A stretch of DNA of 37,078 nucleotides from a virus (Duplodnaviria > Heunggongvirae > Uroviricota > Caudoviricetes). A model generated the notes under the pieces. The model was not told where the DNA came from and made no database searches. It saw only the letters and a list, made by a program, of their open reading frames with translations. Positions 9,010-18,796 of this stretch are shown here, piece by piece; the first letter of the stretch is position 1, and every line of letters begins with the position of its first letter. Position numbers and translations under genes: made by a program. The DNA lies in IMG/VR virus record IMGVR_UViG_2537562172_000008; one strand, given 5' to 3'.

Positions 9010-11519
9010 TGCGGAATATCTCCGGAGAATCTCTGACGCTTCTGAGTCAGATCAAGAACAACGGGAGAACCATCATCTTTCAGCAGATAACCAGTACCAA
9101 GTTTCACCAGGTACTGACTATCGCCGTAACTTTGCAAACCATACTGACCAGGCGGTGTTTTTATCCCTGTGCCGACAACTTGTTCATTCCAAGCCTGATT
9201 AACCTGCTTATCGAATTGCTCTGCAGACATTCCCCACGGCAAAAGAACATTCCCCATTCCGTTATAGTCATGCACGCCACCTGTAGCTACGTTAACAGCC
9301 TGTTTCCAGATATCATTGTCAATTTCGCCTGATACCACGCCTTTTTTCGCCATCACACCAGCGTAATAGTCCTTTGCGATCTCGTATGCCATTGATGCCC
9401 CCTGAGCATCACCAGCAAATGCATCCTTCACCATGTCAGAAAACTCAAGGCGAAGATCAGCATCTTTAGGCATCGGAATACCTTTCGCGTCATCAGTACC
9501 CTTACGAGCAGCCGCACCAGCAAGAATTGTCTGCGCTGCGGTTTCAGGAGACACGGAAACATCAGGATTAAACCAGTTTTTTTCTGCCAAAATACCACCA
9601 GGCTTATCCATCAGTATCCCGGCAACGGCAGCAGATGGAGCGTTGGCACTGATCTGCTGTAGTGCTGACATATACACCTGCCCACCACCAGTGCTCTGCC
9701 TGATGGTATCGAGATATGCTGCCTGTTGGGAAACTGGCGCATCACGAAAGAAAACACCGATCTGATTGGCCTCGTCTTTGGAAAAGAACGTCAGTGGAGT
9801 GCCATATGACTTAGCAAGGTCACTGACCTGAGCGGCACGCAAGGCAACGCTCTGTCCAAAGTTATCCTTATTGCTCATGTCGATAGGCTTAGCCTGTCCG
9901 GCGGCCAGAGAGAACTGCACAGGATCCGATTGCCGCTGCTTTATCACCTGATTTGCAGCCGAAACAACGTTGTCATAAAGAGCTGCGCGTGCCGCATACC
10001 CCTCCCCTGTCTCACCAGTATCCGGGCGTAATTGCTCAACATATGCTGTAATGCTGCTTGTCGGCATGTTGCGGAAAGAACCTATACACTGTCCGGCGAT
10101 CTGCGTATTCTTAAACTCGGTATATCGCAGGTTTCCTTCTCTGACACCATAAGCTGCAATAAAATCATCCTCACCAGGTGGGTTAGGAAATTCAACGCCA
10201 CGCATATACGCAGCTGTCGCATCGCGAACCTGGCTGTCAATCATCGTTTTATATTCAGCCTGCTGCTGCCGACGCAGTTGATCCGCCTGTCGCATAAAAC
10301 TTGCCTGCGCCTCAGGAGATGCCGCATCGAATGCTGCATTACCGGTATAGCGTTTGGTGTTGGTTGGAATTGTTGATAAACCAAGTGCTGCACTGACACC
10401 AGCAGTTAACTGCTGATCACTGTATGGCTGGCTACCGTTCTCATGATGGATAATGGCTGCACAAAGCGCCTTCAGGGTATCAGGATTAGATGCATCGAGA
10501 GGCTCATCAGCAGAAACGCCAAGTTGTTCGCACACTGCTTTGATATACGACATAGTGTCATTTTTATCAGTAGGCGGTGCCCAGCGATTAATTATCTCAC
10601 TGACGGTATCAATACCCTGCCTCTGATACGACATCAGGTTCCGCCCTAATGCACGAATCCCGTGTTCAGGTGTTTCGAATTTCGCAAATCGACCATCATC
10701 ACCGGTCTGGCCTACCCACGGATTAGTTTTGCTGTATTCGAGATTTCCTGGGTTATTGTTGCGTATGCCACGGGCACGCTCGGAAGAGTCACTATCTGCT
10801 ACAGCACGGCGAGCTCCAGCAGCAGTATCACTTAACTCGCCATTACTTTGGATGAATGCGGTCGCATTGTTTGCCGACCACTGGGACAATGCGGCATCAG
10901 CAACCTTCTCTTTAAACTCGATTTTCTTGGCCTGTATTTGCTCGTCGCTCCAGCCATGCGCAATGCCGTAATCCTCAATTTGCTGGAAAGTTTGCTTATT
11001 AGCCAATACGTATGCGGCGTTGTCGCCATACAATGCTGCGGCATTTTTACCATTGTTCAGCAGCGTCGCCTGAAACTGGCCTTCTTCGTAGGCATTTATT
11101 TGCCCTATCTCGTGCCGCCCGGCCTGCGTAGTGAACTGAATACGCTGCTGCTGCGCCTGCTGCATGAAAGCATTACGAGCCTGTTCATCCGGCAGCGACA
11201 TAGCCAGTTGTTCGATCTGAGCATCAAACTGCTGCGTATACTCCTGACCTTTTCCAATAGCATTTTTCCCTTTCAGGTTAAGCAAACCTGTTTCAGGGTT
11301 ATTCAACAGATCGCTGCTTATCTGACTGAGGTTAAGAGATGCCTCCTGAGCCAGAGCGATATTGGCACGCTGTTTTGCCTGACCAAAAACATCAATTGCC
11401 TCTGCCCCTGCCCGAACAAAAGCATCACCAATACCTGGCTGAGAAAACGTCTGCAAGCCTGCTGACTGAACTCCACGGCTCTCAACCTGACGTCCGGATA
11501 CTGTTGGTACGACTGGCAT
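9006..11519 (-). CDS. internal virion protein, possibly carrying a cell-wall hydrolase segment
   Basis: ORF track start is GTG at 11594, inside the upstream gene; the in-frame ATG at 11517-11519 has a GGAGG RBS 7 nt upstream and overlaps the upstream stop, giving 837 aa. The segment RGIRNNNPGNL...RWAP loosely recalls virion-associated peptidoglycan hydrolase motifs (unverified). Confidence 0.65.
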   Translation of the reverse strand: MPVVPTVSGRQVESRGVQSAGLQTFSQPGIGDAFVRAGAEAIDVFGQAKQRANIALAQEASLNLSQISSDLLNNPETGLLNLKGKNAIGKGQEYTQQFDAQIEQLAMSLPDEQARNAFMQQAQQQRIQFTTQAGRHEIGQINAYEEGQFQATLLNNGKNAAALYGDNAAYVLANKQTFQQIEDYGIAHGWSDEQIQAKKIEFKEKVADAALSQWSANNATAFIQSNGELSDTAAGARRAVADSDSSERARGIRNNNPGNLEYSKTNPWVGQTGDDGRFAKFETPEHGIRALGRNLMSYQRQGIDTVSEIINRWAPPTDKNDTMSYIKAVCEQLGVSADEPLDASNPDTLKALCAAIIHHENGSQPYSDQQLTAGVSAALGLSTIPTNTKRYTGNAAFDAASPEAQASFMRQADQLRRQQQAEYKTMIDSQVRDATAAYMRGVEFPNPPGEDDFIAAYGVREGNLRYTEFKNTQIAGQCIGSFRNMPTSSITAYVEQLRPDTGETGEGYAARAALYDNVVSAANQVIKQRQSDPVQFSLAAGQAKPIDMSNKDNFGQSVALRAAQVSDLAKSYGTPLTFFSKDEANQIGVFFRDAPVSQQAAYLDTIRQSTGGGQVYMSALQQISANAPSAAVAGILMDKPGGILAEKNWFNPDVSVSPETAAQTILAGAAARKGTDDAKGIPMPKDADLRLEFSDMVKDAFAGDAQGASMAYEIAKDYYAGVMAKKGVVSGEIDNDIWKQAVNVATGGVHDYNGMGNVLLPWGMSAEQFDKQVNQAWNEQVVGTGIKTPPGQYGLQSYGDSQYLVKLGTGYLLKDDGSPVVLDLTQKRQRFSGDIPQ

Positions 11520-12064
11520 TATAATCCTCCGGGTAATCTGGTTCCTGCTGCTGCCCCGATTGGTGCAGGAGTGCTTTGAGTAAACGGACTCCACGTCCCA
11601 CCAAACATCTGGTACGCACCGTATGCCTTCAGAGGCGCAGTGAGCAATGTTGTTGCTGCTCCCACATTCCCCTGTTTACGGGCTGAACTGGCTTCTGCTT
11701 TATAGTTGGCAGCCTGAACCTGATAACCGTAAGCCTCGCGTCGCGCGTTATTCACCGTCGTCAGAGAATCAAGAGCGCCAAACTGGGCAGTGTCGCCAAA
11801 TATATCCAGCGCGTTACCTGTAGATAAATCAGCGCCGGTAGCCCCCATTGTCGCCGCCTGTGTACCAAGCCGCTGTCGGGTCTCTCTGCGCCGTTGCTCA
11901 GCTTCAGCGTTACCTCTGTTTATTGCATCATTTGCCTGAGCTGTGGCTATATCTGCGTTCGCTTCTGCAACCTTCGAGGCATACTTTCCCTGTTGGTACT
12001 GGGTGTATGCCTGAATGCCACTCATGGCGAGCATTGCGCCACCAGCAATAACCGGATCGCACAT
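11519..12064 (-). CDS. internal virion protein (small core protein)
   Basis: 181-aa Ala/Gly/Thr-rich ORF; position after the tubular proteins corresponds to the small internal proteins of T7-like virions. Confidence 0.55.
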   Translation of the reverse strand: MCDPVIAGGAMLAMSGIQAYTQYQQGKYASKVAEANADIATAQANDAINRGNAEAEQRRRETRQRLGTQAATMGATGADLSTGNALDIFGDTAQFGALDSLTTVNNARREAYGYQVQAANYKAEASSARKQGNVGAATTLLTAPLKAYGAYQMFGGTWSPFTQSTPAPIGAAAGTRLPGGL

Positions 12065-12528
12065 TATTTTCTCTCCATGTGAAATCTGTGGAAATTAAGA
12101 CCAAGAGCACCATAAGGCGCGGCTTCTTCAAGCCTGAATCCAAGCCAGTGCAGCCATGCTTTGGCAACATGGTTTCGCTCGTCGACATAGTTTTCCAGGC
12201 GCGGATAAACTGCCAGCATCTGCTGCAATACAGGGCGGCAGTGGCGAAGAAATGTCTTCTGATATTTTTCGATACGGCTGGTTCCGACCAGCCAGGGCGT
12301 ACCATTGCCACCGATCATTGACGCCGGAGATACGCCAAACATGGTTACCGGTTCTCCGTTCGCAAATCCTGACCAGGCCATAGTCGCAGTACGCAGACCA
12401 ACACGCAGCGCATCTTCGGTAGTCATCAGTGATACCGCATACAGTTCGTCAATATCAGCCTGACGAACATCCGGCAAAATCATCTGAAGATGCTCTTCGG
12501 TAGCGGGAATAATTCGAACATCGATCAT
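12064..12528 (-). CDS. virion-associated protein, function unknown
   Basis: 154-aa ORF translationally coupled (1-nt overlap) to the upstream tubular-B-like gene. Confidence 0.5.
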   Translation of the reverse strand: MIDVRIIPATEEHLQMILPDVRQADIDELYAVSLMTTEDALRVGLRTATMAWSGFANGEPVTMFGVSPASMIGGNGTPWLVGTSRIEKYQKTFLRHCRPVLQQMLAVYPRLENYVDERNHVAKAWLHWLGFRLEEAAPYGALGLNFHRFHMERK

Positions 12529-14987
12529 CAGAATCCCCCAACAGTAAGGCGAGGAATAACGGCAAGAACAGACAGCGGCAACGGGTCAAGCTGACGGATT
12601 CTTACACGTCCGTTTTTGCCCCAGTTACTGTCCAGTTTCACTTCTACTTTTCCGGTAGCGTCATCAACAGGATCATCGTAGAACTCGAATTCACGCTGTG
12701 GATATTCGTACCATTTACCGCCTGGCGTAGTCGCCCAGATGCCGCGGCTGGCATTCACAACCAGAGTAACGGACGGGATCACCTGTTTTTTGTCCAGCAG
12801 CGTTTCCTGTCCGTTAATGTTGATATCCAGTGTTTCGAATTCAGCAGTTATTGGCAGGCCGATGTGCACTACAGCCCCAGGTGATTCCAGCGTGACGGCA
12901 CCTCCGGAAACCACTTTCTGTGGCTCCACATTAGCATCAGAGAGAATGTTTACGGTCTGTCCTTCAAGATGAGACAGGCCTCCAAATGTCCGGCGCGCCA
13001 TTTGCCAGTTCGTGGTGCCCACATCCCTGAGGGATGTCGGGACGTTCCTGTTAGCACGAACCACTACAGCAGTAGTGCTGGTTACAGAAATAATGTCGCA
13101 ACGTAATTTTTTTGACACTTCATCGCCAGTATCAGGATAAGGGAACTGTAGTTGCGCACCAACATCACTACTGGTGAAGTACGCACCACCAGAAACACTG
13201 ATTGTATATTCCGCGCGGTAATCCCATTCGCCAGAACCACCAGTGATTGTCATCGTTCTGTCAGACGTATTTCTTCCATCATAGCTAAGGCCAGAATCAA
13301 CAAAGAAAGCATCTTCATCGCTGGTAAATAAACGGCTGGACAGTCTCTCGATGTATCTCACTGTTTGCCCGTTAACGGTTCGGTTAACGACGAAATACAC
13401 CGCATCTTCATTGCCTTCGCTGATACTGCATGTGCTTTCATATTTTCCGGTACTGGATTGTGGTGCCCATGCGAAAACCTGCTGATCACGCAAGTAGGTC
13501 ATCACCAGTAATTTACCATCATCACGAATGCAGAAGGCGCTGGAGTAAGGGACAATCGAGAAGCACCAGTCAACAATGCTGTGCTTCTGAAAAAGATGAT
13601 TGGCAAGGATAGTAAGGTCGTTCCCCTGATATCCGTCAACATCGAATGAGTAGGCCAGATCGCGTACAACACTGCCTTTCTCCTGGACGAACAGAGCAAT
13701 ATTCGCCACGGCAATTGGTGGGACATTGCTCGAGCCATTTGATCCCTGAGAGCTGAATGCAAATGATGATGGGGTTAACACTTTGTTCTGGTCGCCGGTG
13801 ATGACGTACTCACCTCCAGAAGTCAGTGCCACCAGCGAACCGACATCAATCAGGTGGCGGATCTCATTAACCTGACGCCCGGCATAGGTGTAGATAATTC
13901 TGTCGTCATCCTGCGTAGGATTGCTTTTGCCAAAATCCTTATAATCCCCGGTACGGCTGGCCCAGATAGTCTGAGGGAACGCAGTCGATGCGGCGAAGTA
14001 AAGACGTTGTTGATAATAAACAACAGTGCCAGGATAACCATTAACACTGTTCCAGGCATATTTAGCCCATTTATAGCTGGCATTATCCTCGCCAACTACC
14101 TGCGAAGGGATATAGGAAATCACCTCAGCAGTTGCAGTAGTGCCATTTACAGCAGTTATACGGGCAATGCCAAAACCACTGTGCAGATACTCCCACTCAA
14201 TGCCAGTATCATCATCACCGGAGCCGCCCCAGCCATCCCATGATGCGCCTTCTGTATGCGAAGGGCGCAAAGTGCCTGTTTTGCCTGCTGTAACGGCGCG
14301 ATAGTAGTTACTGTCTGCACGGCGAATATCGCCAATCGACGTACTCTTACTGGTTTCCCATACCGGTACTGAATCCACTGCTGGCTGTTCCAGATAGAAC
14401 AATTTGCCTACCTGCTCCGCGCCAAAAATAGAGGCGCTTGCCGTTAACGTAATTGTCCCGGTGCTGGCGCTGGCATAAACCGTCACTGACTCGTCAATAT
14501 TGATATCTTCAAATGGCCCGTTCTTCGTTACCACATCAACCAGTTGCCAGTTGTCATGCGCATAGCGGCGCAACTCTTTCGGCGGGTATGCCGGATGAAC
14601 CAGCGTAAGCACGTCTGCGCTTTGCGTGAATTTAATTCTGAACAGATCGGCTTCAGTATATGGCGTGGCAATTTCATAAATAACATTGCTGCTGTTCAGC
14701 ACCAACGCACCATCTTTGATAACGCGCATGTACTGGTGTCCGAACTCCAGAGCATAAGTCTGAACCGTCGAGAACTGGAACGGGATCAGGCGGCATTTCC
14801 GATTTGGGTATTTGGCGGCACCGACAAAACGCGTACCAGGTCGATTCTCAACGCCGCCATACTGCCGCACGATAAAGTTATCGCACTTGCGCAATGCCAC
14901 CTGGTACTTCGCCATGTCGATACGCCCGTACAACGACGGTCCAATCTCACCACCAGCAAAGCTTGGCTGGATCCAACTGATAGCCAT
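12528..14987 (-). CDS. tail tubular protein B-like (nozzle)
   Basis: 819-aa ORF directly following a roughly 200-aa ORF, the size and order of T7 gp11/gp12 tail tubular proteins A and B. Confidence 0.6.
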   Translation of the reverse strand: MAISWIQPSFAGGEIGPSLYGRIDMAKYQVALRKCDNFIVRQYGGVENRPGTRFVGAAKYPNRKCRLIPFQFSTVQTYALEFGHQYMRVIKDGALVLNSSNVIYEIATPYTEADLFRIKFTQSADVLTLVHPAYPPKELRRYAHDNWQLVDVVTKNGPFEDINIDESVTVYASASTGTITLTASASIFGAEQVGKLFYLEQPAVDSVPVWETSKSTSIGDIRRADSNYYRAVTAGKTGTLRPSHTEGASWDGWGGSGDDDTGIEWEYLHSGFGIARITAVNGTTATAEVISYIPSQVVGEDNASYKWAKYAWNSVNGYPGTVVYYQQRLYFAASTAFPQTIWASRTGDYKDFGKSNPTQDDDRIIYTYAGRQVNEIRHLIDVGSLVALTSGGEYVITGDQNKVLTPSSFAFSSQGSNGSSNVPPIAVANIALFVQEKGSVVRDLAYSFDVDGYQGNDLTILANHLFQKHSIVDWCFSIVPYSSAFCIRDDGKLLVMTYLRDQQVFAWAPQSSTGKYESTCSISEGNEDAVYFVVNRTVNGQTVRYIERLSSRLFTSDEDAFFVDSGLSYDGRNTSDRTMTITGGSGEWDYRAEYTISVSGGAYFTSSDVGAQLQFPYPDTGDEVSKKLRCDIISVTSTTAVVVRANRNVPTSLRDVGTTNWQMARRTFGGLSHLEGQTVNILSDANVEPQKVVSGGAVTLESPGAVVHIGLPITAEFETLDININGQETLLDKKQVIPSVTLVVNASRGIWATTPGGKWYEYPQREFEFYDDPVDDATGKVEVKLDSNWGKNGRVRIRQLDPLPLSVLAVIPRLTVGGF

Positions 14988-15592
14988 CAGGACAACCTCG
15001 CAATGGTAAACTCGTCAACCGGTGGCTGTGGTTCCTGTGATTCATTCTGGCTATGCGAGCCAGCACTAAGAATCACGCGATTGTACATATTGAGGGAAAA
15101 CGTACCGAGGTCTGCATTCCCAGTCAGCGCCATGTTAATAGCTGCCGCAAGACGCCAGGCCAACGCCTCCATAAAAATGGCATCAAACATGTTCACATCT
15201 GTAACGCGAGAGACATACTTGAGCCATGCCTGAGGCTGGTCTGTGTAGATCAACTTTCCTGTTCCGTTGGTGTCTGCACCAACTTCGTACTGAACGCGCA
15301 TTGCTGCTGTTGGATTGCGTACACCAGGAAGCATAATTTCAGTAATGCGCAGACAATCGGACGGGTACTGGTACGCATATTCCCAGTCAGGCGGTGGATT
15401 GCTCGTATCTGCAAGCGCCACGCGTTTGGTAGCAAAGTTCCAGTCAAAATCAGAAAGCACAGCATCACGGCAGGCCTCAAAGTGCAGCGAACATTCCCCC
15501 GCTTCCTTGCTGGCTTCCGTCAGGCTGTTAATGCTGCGGCTGTTGCCAATATTGGACAGCGCACGATTGCAGATCTCTACCACAGAGGCCAT
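14987..15592 (-). CDS. tail tubular protein A-like (adaptor)
   Basis: 201-aa ORF immediately upstream of the 819-aa ORF; size and position match T7 gp11-type adaptors. Confidence 0.5.
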   Translation of the reverse strand: MASVVEICNRALSNIGNSRSINSLTEASKEAGECSLHFEACRDAVLSDFDWNFATKRVALADTSNPPPDWEYAYQYPSDCLRITEIMLPGVRNPTAAMRVQYEVGADTNGTGKLIYTDQPQAWLKYVSRVTDVNMFDAIFMEALAWRLAAAINMALTGNADLGTFSLNMYNRVILSAGSHSQNESQEPQPPVDEFTIARLS

Positions 15593-15921
15593 TACTCACC
15601 CCCATTGCCGTACAGGGTTTCAGCCGCTGATTTTTCTACATCCCCGGAAACAGGAGCGATCGCCATATCAGTGATCTGCAGATCGGCGATGCGATTAACA
15701 CCATCGTCAGTTTCTCTGGCAGACAGGCCTCGAATAACAGCCTTTGCAGTTATCATCACTTCTGTTCCGACGCCCTGAGGTTGCGCCTTCAGCTTATTCA
15801 ATGTGTCGTTATTAAGAGTGATGCACAGCCCCCACGGGTATTCATCGCGAGTTCTGGTTTCTCCGCTCTCATCCTGGTAGCTGTCAGTGCCGGTTTTGAG
15901 GTTTACGAGTTCCATATACAC
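15592..15921 (-). CDS. hypothetical head/tail morphogenesis protein
   Basis: 109-aa ORF abutting its neighbours in the late operon. Confidence 0.5.
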   Translation of the reverse strand: MYMELVNLKTGTDSYQDESGETRTRDEYPWGLCITLNNDTLNKLKAQPQGVGTEVMITAKAVIRGLSARETDDGVNRIADLQITDMAIAPVSGDVEKSAAETLYGNGGE

Positions 15922-15965
15922 TCCTGCAATAAAGGGGCCGAAGCCCCTTGTCGGATTCGCGAGGC

Positions 15966-16310
15966 TTACACGCCCAGTTCTTTACGCTTATCTGCGATCT
16001 TCTCGCGGAGCGTTTCGGCTTTAGCGTTATGGTGTGGCTTCTCGTTAAAGAGCAATTCGTACTCTTCACGGAGCTTATCCAGTTCACCATCATCTGACAC
16101 ATCGTTGATGATTTTGGTGCTGGTTGCTGCCATTGACACCTTTCCTGCAACTTTTGCTTTTGCCTGTCTGGCTGCATCGTTAACAGGTTCCAGTGCGCTA
16201 CCAGGCTCACCTTCGTATTCGATTTCTGCCCCCTCCGGCCACAGTGTGTTATGGATATGAGAGAGGCGCAGAACGCGGTATCTTGGTTTCTCACCTGACA
16301 TCGATATCAC
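15966..16310 (-). CDS. hypothetical morphogenesis protein
   Basis: 114-aa ORF, acidic C-terminus; followed by the GC-rich tetraloop hairpin at 15933-15948. Confidence 0.5.
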   Translation of the reverse strand: MISMSGEKPRYRVLRLSHIHNTLWPEGAEIEYEGEPGSALEPVNDAARQAKAKVAGKVSMAATSTKIINDVSDDGELDKLREEYELLFNEKPHHNAKAETLREKIADKRKELGV

Positions 16311-16311
16311 C

Positions 16312-16749
16312 TTAACCAGTTACTTTTGAGCGGATCGGATACGGCGTATTGGCATCAACATCAAGACTGATACCAGCAGTGAATTCGCCAGCCGTTAGTG
16401 GGCCAGTTGCGACGGAGTAGTTAACACGCAGATATCGCTGAACACCGGCAGGCACCTTTGCAGAAACAACTCGTTTACCTGCTGTCAGGGCGGTCTTTGC
16501 CAGTGCACCACTATCATAAATAGTGGTCCATGAGCTGTTATCCTCACTCGTCTGCAACTGGATGTTTACAGTTGCATCACCGCTTGCTGCGGCGGCTGTG
16601 TTAACCAGCGCCCAAAACTCAAGCGGGTAACCCACGCCGATATCACGACGTTTTCCGTCAATTGGACCGAGATCGATTACGTCAGTAGAAGCCGCGGTAT
16701 TCGTAACCGCCTGAGCTTCGGAGAACATCAACAGTTTGTCGGTGATCAT
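16312..16749 (-). CDS. capsid decoration / minor structural protein (predicted)
   Basis: 145-aa Ala/Thr/Gly-rich ORF immediately after the major capsid gene, with a strong RBS (GGAGAAAG) upstream; typical position of decoration proteins. Confidence 0.5.
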   Translation of the reverse strand: MITDKLLMFSEAQAVTNTAASTDVIDLGPIDGKRRDIGVGYPLEFWALVNTAAAASGDATVNIQLQTSEDNSSWTTIYDSGALAKTALTAGKRVVSAKVPAGVQRYLRVNYSVATGPLTAGEFTAGISLDVDANTPYPIRSKVTG

Positions 16750-16800
16750 CTTCTTTCTCCATTAGTGGGTCTGTTACGACCCACAGGTTAATAACAGGCG

Positions 16801-17787
16801 TTACACCACGCGGGCTTCTGTTTCCAGAAGCGCATCAGTTTCACGGATTGGTACACCACGGAATGACGTCCACCACTCGCCTTCTGTCTCTTTTACGCTG
16901 ATCGCCAGAGATGTTTTCTCCAGAGATTGCAGATCAAGAGCCTGGCCTACAGTGCGGTTCATGTAGAACACCGGGCGACCCATGCCACGGTTTGGAATGC
17001 GATGCAGTGCTTTAACCATCAACTTCGCAATATTTGCGGCAGAGGAAGGTTCTGAAAGATTGCTGACATCGATGTTTGCAATGCGAACAACATAACGCCA
17101 GTCACGCAGAGCAAGTCCGTTATCCCATTTGTAATGGGTGCGATAGCCTTCGTACTTGCCGCCATTAGCATCTTCCAGTGTCACCTGGCCTTTATCTTCC
17201 ATCTGGATGCCAGCCTTCTGCCCTTTCGGGAAGATGCCATGCACGGTGTTTTCGCCCCACACCACTAACCAGATTGAGGTGTTATCTGTACCCGTGCCAC
17301 CAGCATCAATGATGTTCTGAGCATTACCCGCAGACAGGCTGGAATAGCGGGAGGAAAGTCCCATAAACTGCTGAGGGTTAACGCTGGAATCACCATAAAA
17401 CAGCGTCTGCGCCATCTGCTGATTCATCGCTTCAATAAATGCGCGGTCTTCAGACAGGCGGAATTCGGCGGTATTGCCGTTCAGATCAGCCAGTGACTTA
17501 TCGACTTCAGCATAGGTTTCCAGCATGCCCACGGAATCGGTTACCTGCACTGTGGTTGATTTGCTTGGCTGTACGCCATAGTTCAGCAAACGCCAGGTAG
17601 CTGAAGGTAAACCAGAACGAATGGTGGTTCGGTGTCCGGTAGGAAGGTTCCCTTCGACAAAAGGCATATCCTGAAGGATCGGGTTAGTTTGACCGAGAAG
17701 CTCGATAATCTTATCGACTTTCCCGTTTGGATCGACGCGCTTACCCCAGTCAGCCAGCGTTAGCGCAGTTAAGCCTTTAACAGCCAT
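16801..17787 (-). CDS. major capsid protein
   Basis: 328-aa ORF located after the portal and scaffold genes; size and position of podovirus major capsid proteins; stem-loop immediately downstream (16765-16784). Confidence 0.8.
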   Translation of the reverse strand: MAVKGLTALTLADWGKRVDPNGKVDKIIELLGQTNPILQDMPFVEGNLPTGHRTTIRSGLPSATWRLLNYGVQPSKSTTVQVTDSVGMLETYAEVDKSLADLNGNTAEFRLSEDRAFIEAMNQQMAQTLFYGDSSVNPQQFMGLSSRYSSLSAGNAQNIIDAGGTGTDNTSIWLVVWGENTVHGIFPKGQKAGIQMEDKGQVTLEDANGGKYEGYRTHYKWDNGLALRDWRYVVRIANIDVSNLSEPSSAANIAKLMVKALHRIPNRGMGRPVFYMNRTVGQALDLQSLEKTSLAISVKETEGEWWTSFRGVPIRETDALLETEARVV

Positions 17788-17801
17788 TGTTATTTCCTCT
17801 C

Positions 17802-18497
17802 TTATTTGCCATAGAGAACTTCGGCCGCACTACGCTGGCCTTCATTACCACCGGTGACCATGCCATCTTCAGACATCGCCTTTCCGATTTTCACGAACGT
17901 TTTGACCAGATCAGGGTGATTACCCAGTCCGGTGGTGTTCAGATATTCTTTGAGCTCGGGTGTCCCGAACTGGTCAAGCGCACGCTGTGCGGCGCTAAGG
18001 TTAGAAATCAACTTGTCGCCACCGATTTCTTTGTCAGCTTTTACATCCGCAGCCCACTGCTCTGTTGTTTTCTGCCAGGCTTCTGCCTGGCGCTGCTGAA
18101 CACCTGCCAGAATCTTCGGATAAGCATCAACCAGCTTTTGCGCTTGTTCGTTGGTCAGGTTAAGTTCTCGCGCCACCGGCTCGAATTCCTTCAACGCTTC
18201 TGTATCCAGCTCTACGCCTTCGGCAGCCTGAAACTCGTACTTCTCAGGCGCCCCCTCTGGTTTATCGCCGTCCTTTTTTTCATCCTGCTTATCGTTTTCA
18301 GGCTTTTTGTCATCAGCAGGTTTATCGCCATCAGCAACAGGTTGTGGCTTATCACCTTCCTGTTGTGATGGATCACCAACTGGAGCAGGGTTATCACCTG
18401 CAGGCGCTGACGGTTCTGACGCAGCCGGAGCTGCTCCACCATCGACTGGTTGCTCATTGCAAAGACAGCGATACAGCAAACGCTCAAATAAATTCAT
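17802..18497 (-). CDS. scaffolding protein
   Basis: Acidic, Pro/Ala/Asp/Lys-rich low-complexity N-terminal half followed by a helical C-terminal half; lies between portal and capsid. Start moved from GTG 18503 to ATG 18497 (AGGAG about 5 nt upstream, overlapping the upstream stop). Confidence 0.6.
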   Translation of the reverse strand: MNLFERLLYRCLCNEQPVDGGAAPAASEPSAPAGDNPAPVGDPSQQEGDKPQPVADGDKPADDKKPENDKQDEKKDGDKPEGAPEKYEFQAAEGVELDTEALKEFEPVARELNLTNEQAQKLVDAYPKILAGVQQRQAEAWQKTTEQWAADVKADKEIGGDKLISNLSAAQRALDQFGTPELKEYLNTTGLGNHPDLVKTFVKIGKAMSEDGMVTGGNEGQRSAAEVLYGK

Positions 18498-18499
18498 GA

Positions 18500-18796
18500 T
18501 CACTCCTGTTCACTGGCCTCTTTGGCCATCTTCAAATACTGTTCAGGGCAATGCGACATAACGCGCTGAAACAGTTCCAGCGCCAGATTGCGTTGCCCCT
18601 CATTAAATGCCATTGCCATAGCGTCCATCGGTGAGATAGCGGAAAACACACGGCCTTTCTCCAGCACCGACCAGACAACGCGACGCCCCTGTTCACTGCT
18701 CATGACAAAGCGAATGTCATCAATTTCACGCTGCGCCATGTCACGTTGCTTACGGGCGTTTTCTTCTTTCAGTTGATCGTCTTCGTAATCTGTCAT
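18500..18796 (-). CDS. hypothetical head assembly protein
   Basis: 98-aa ORF overlapping the portal gene end by 4 nt. Confidence 0.5.
   Translation of the reverse strand: MTDYEDDQLKEENARKQRDMAQREIDDIRFVMSSEQGRRVVWSVLEKGRVFSAISPMDAMAMAFNEGQRNLALELFQRVMSHCPEQYLKMAKEASEQE

Noticed and set aside
11520..11594. GTG start at 11594 for the 862-aa virion protein
   Set aside because: It would overlap the upstream gene by 76 nt; an in-frame ATG at 11517-11519 with a GGAGG RBS overlaps the upstream stop.
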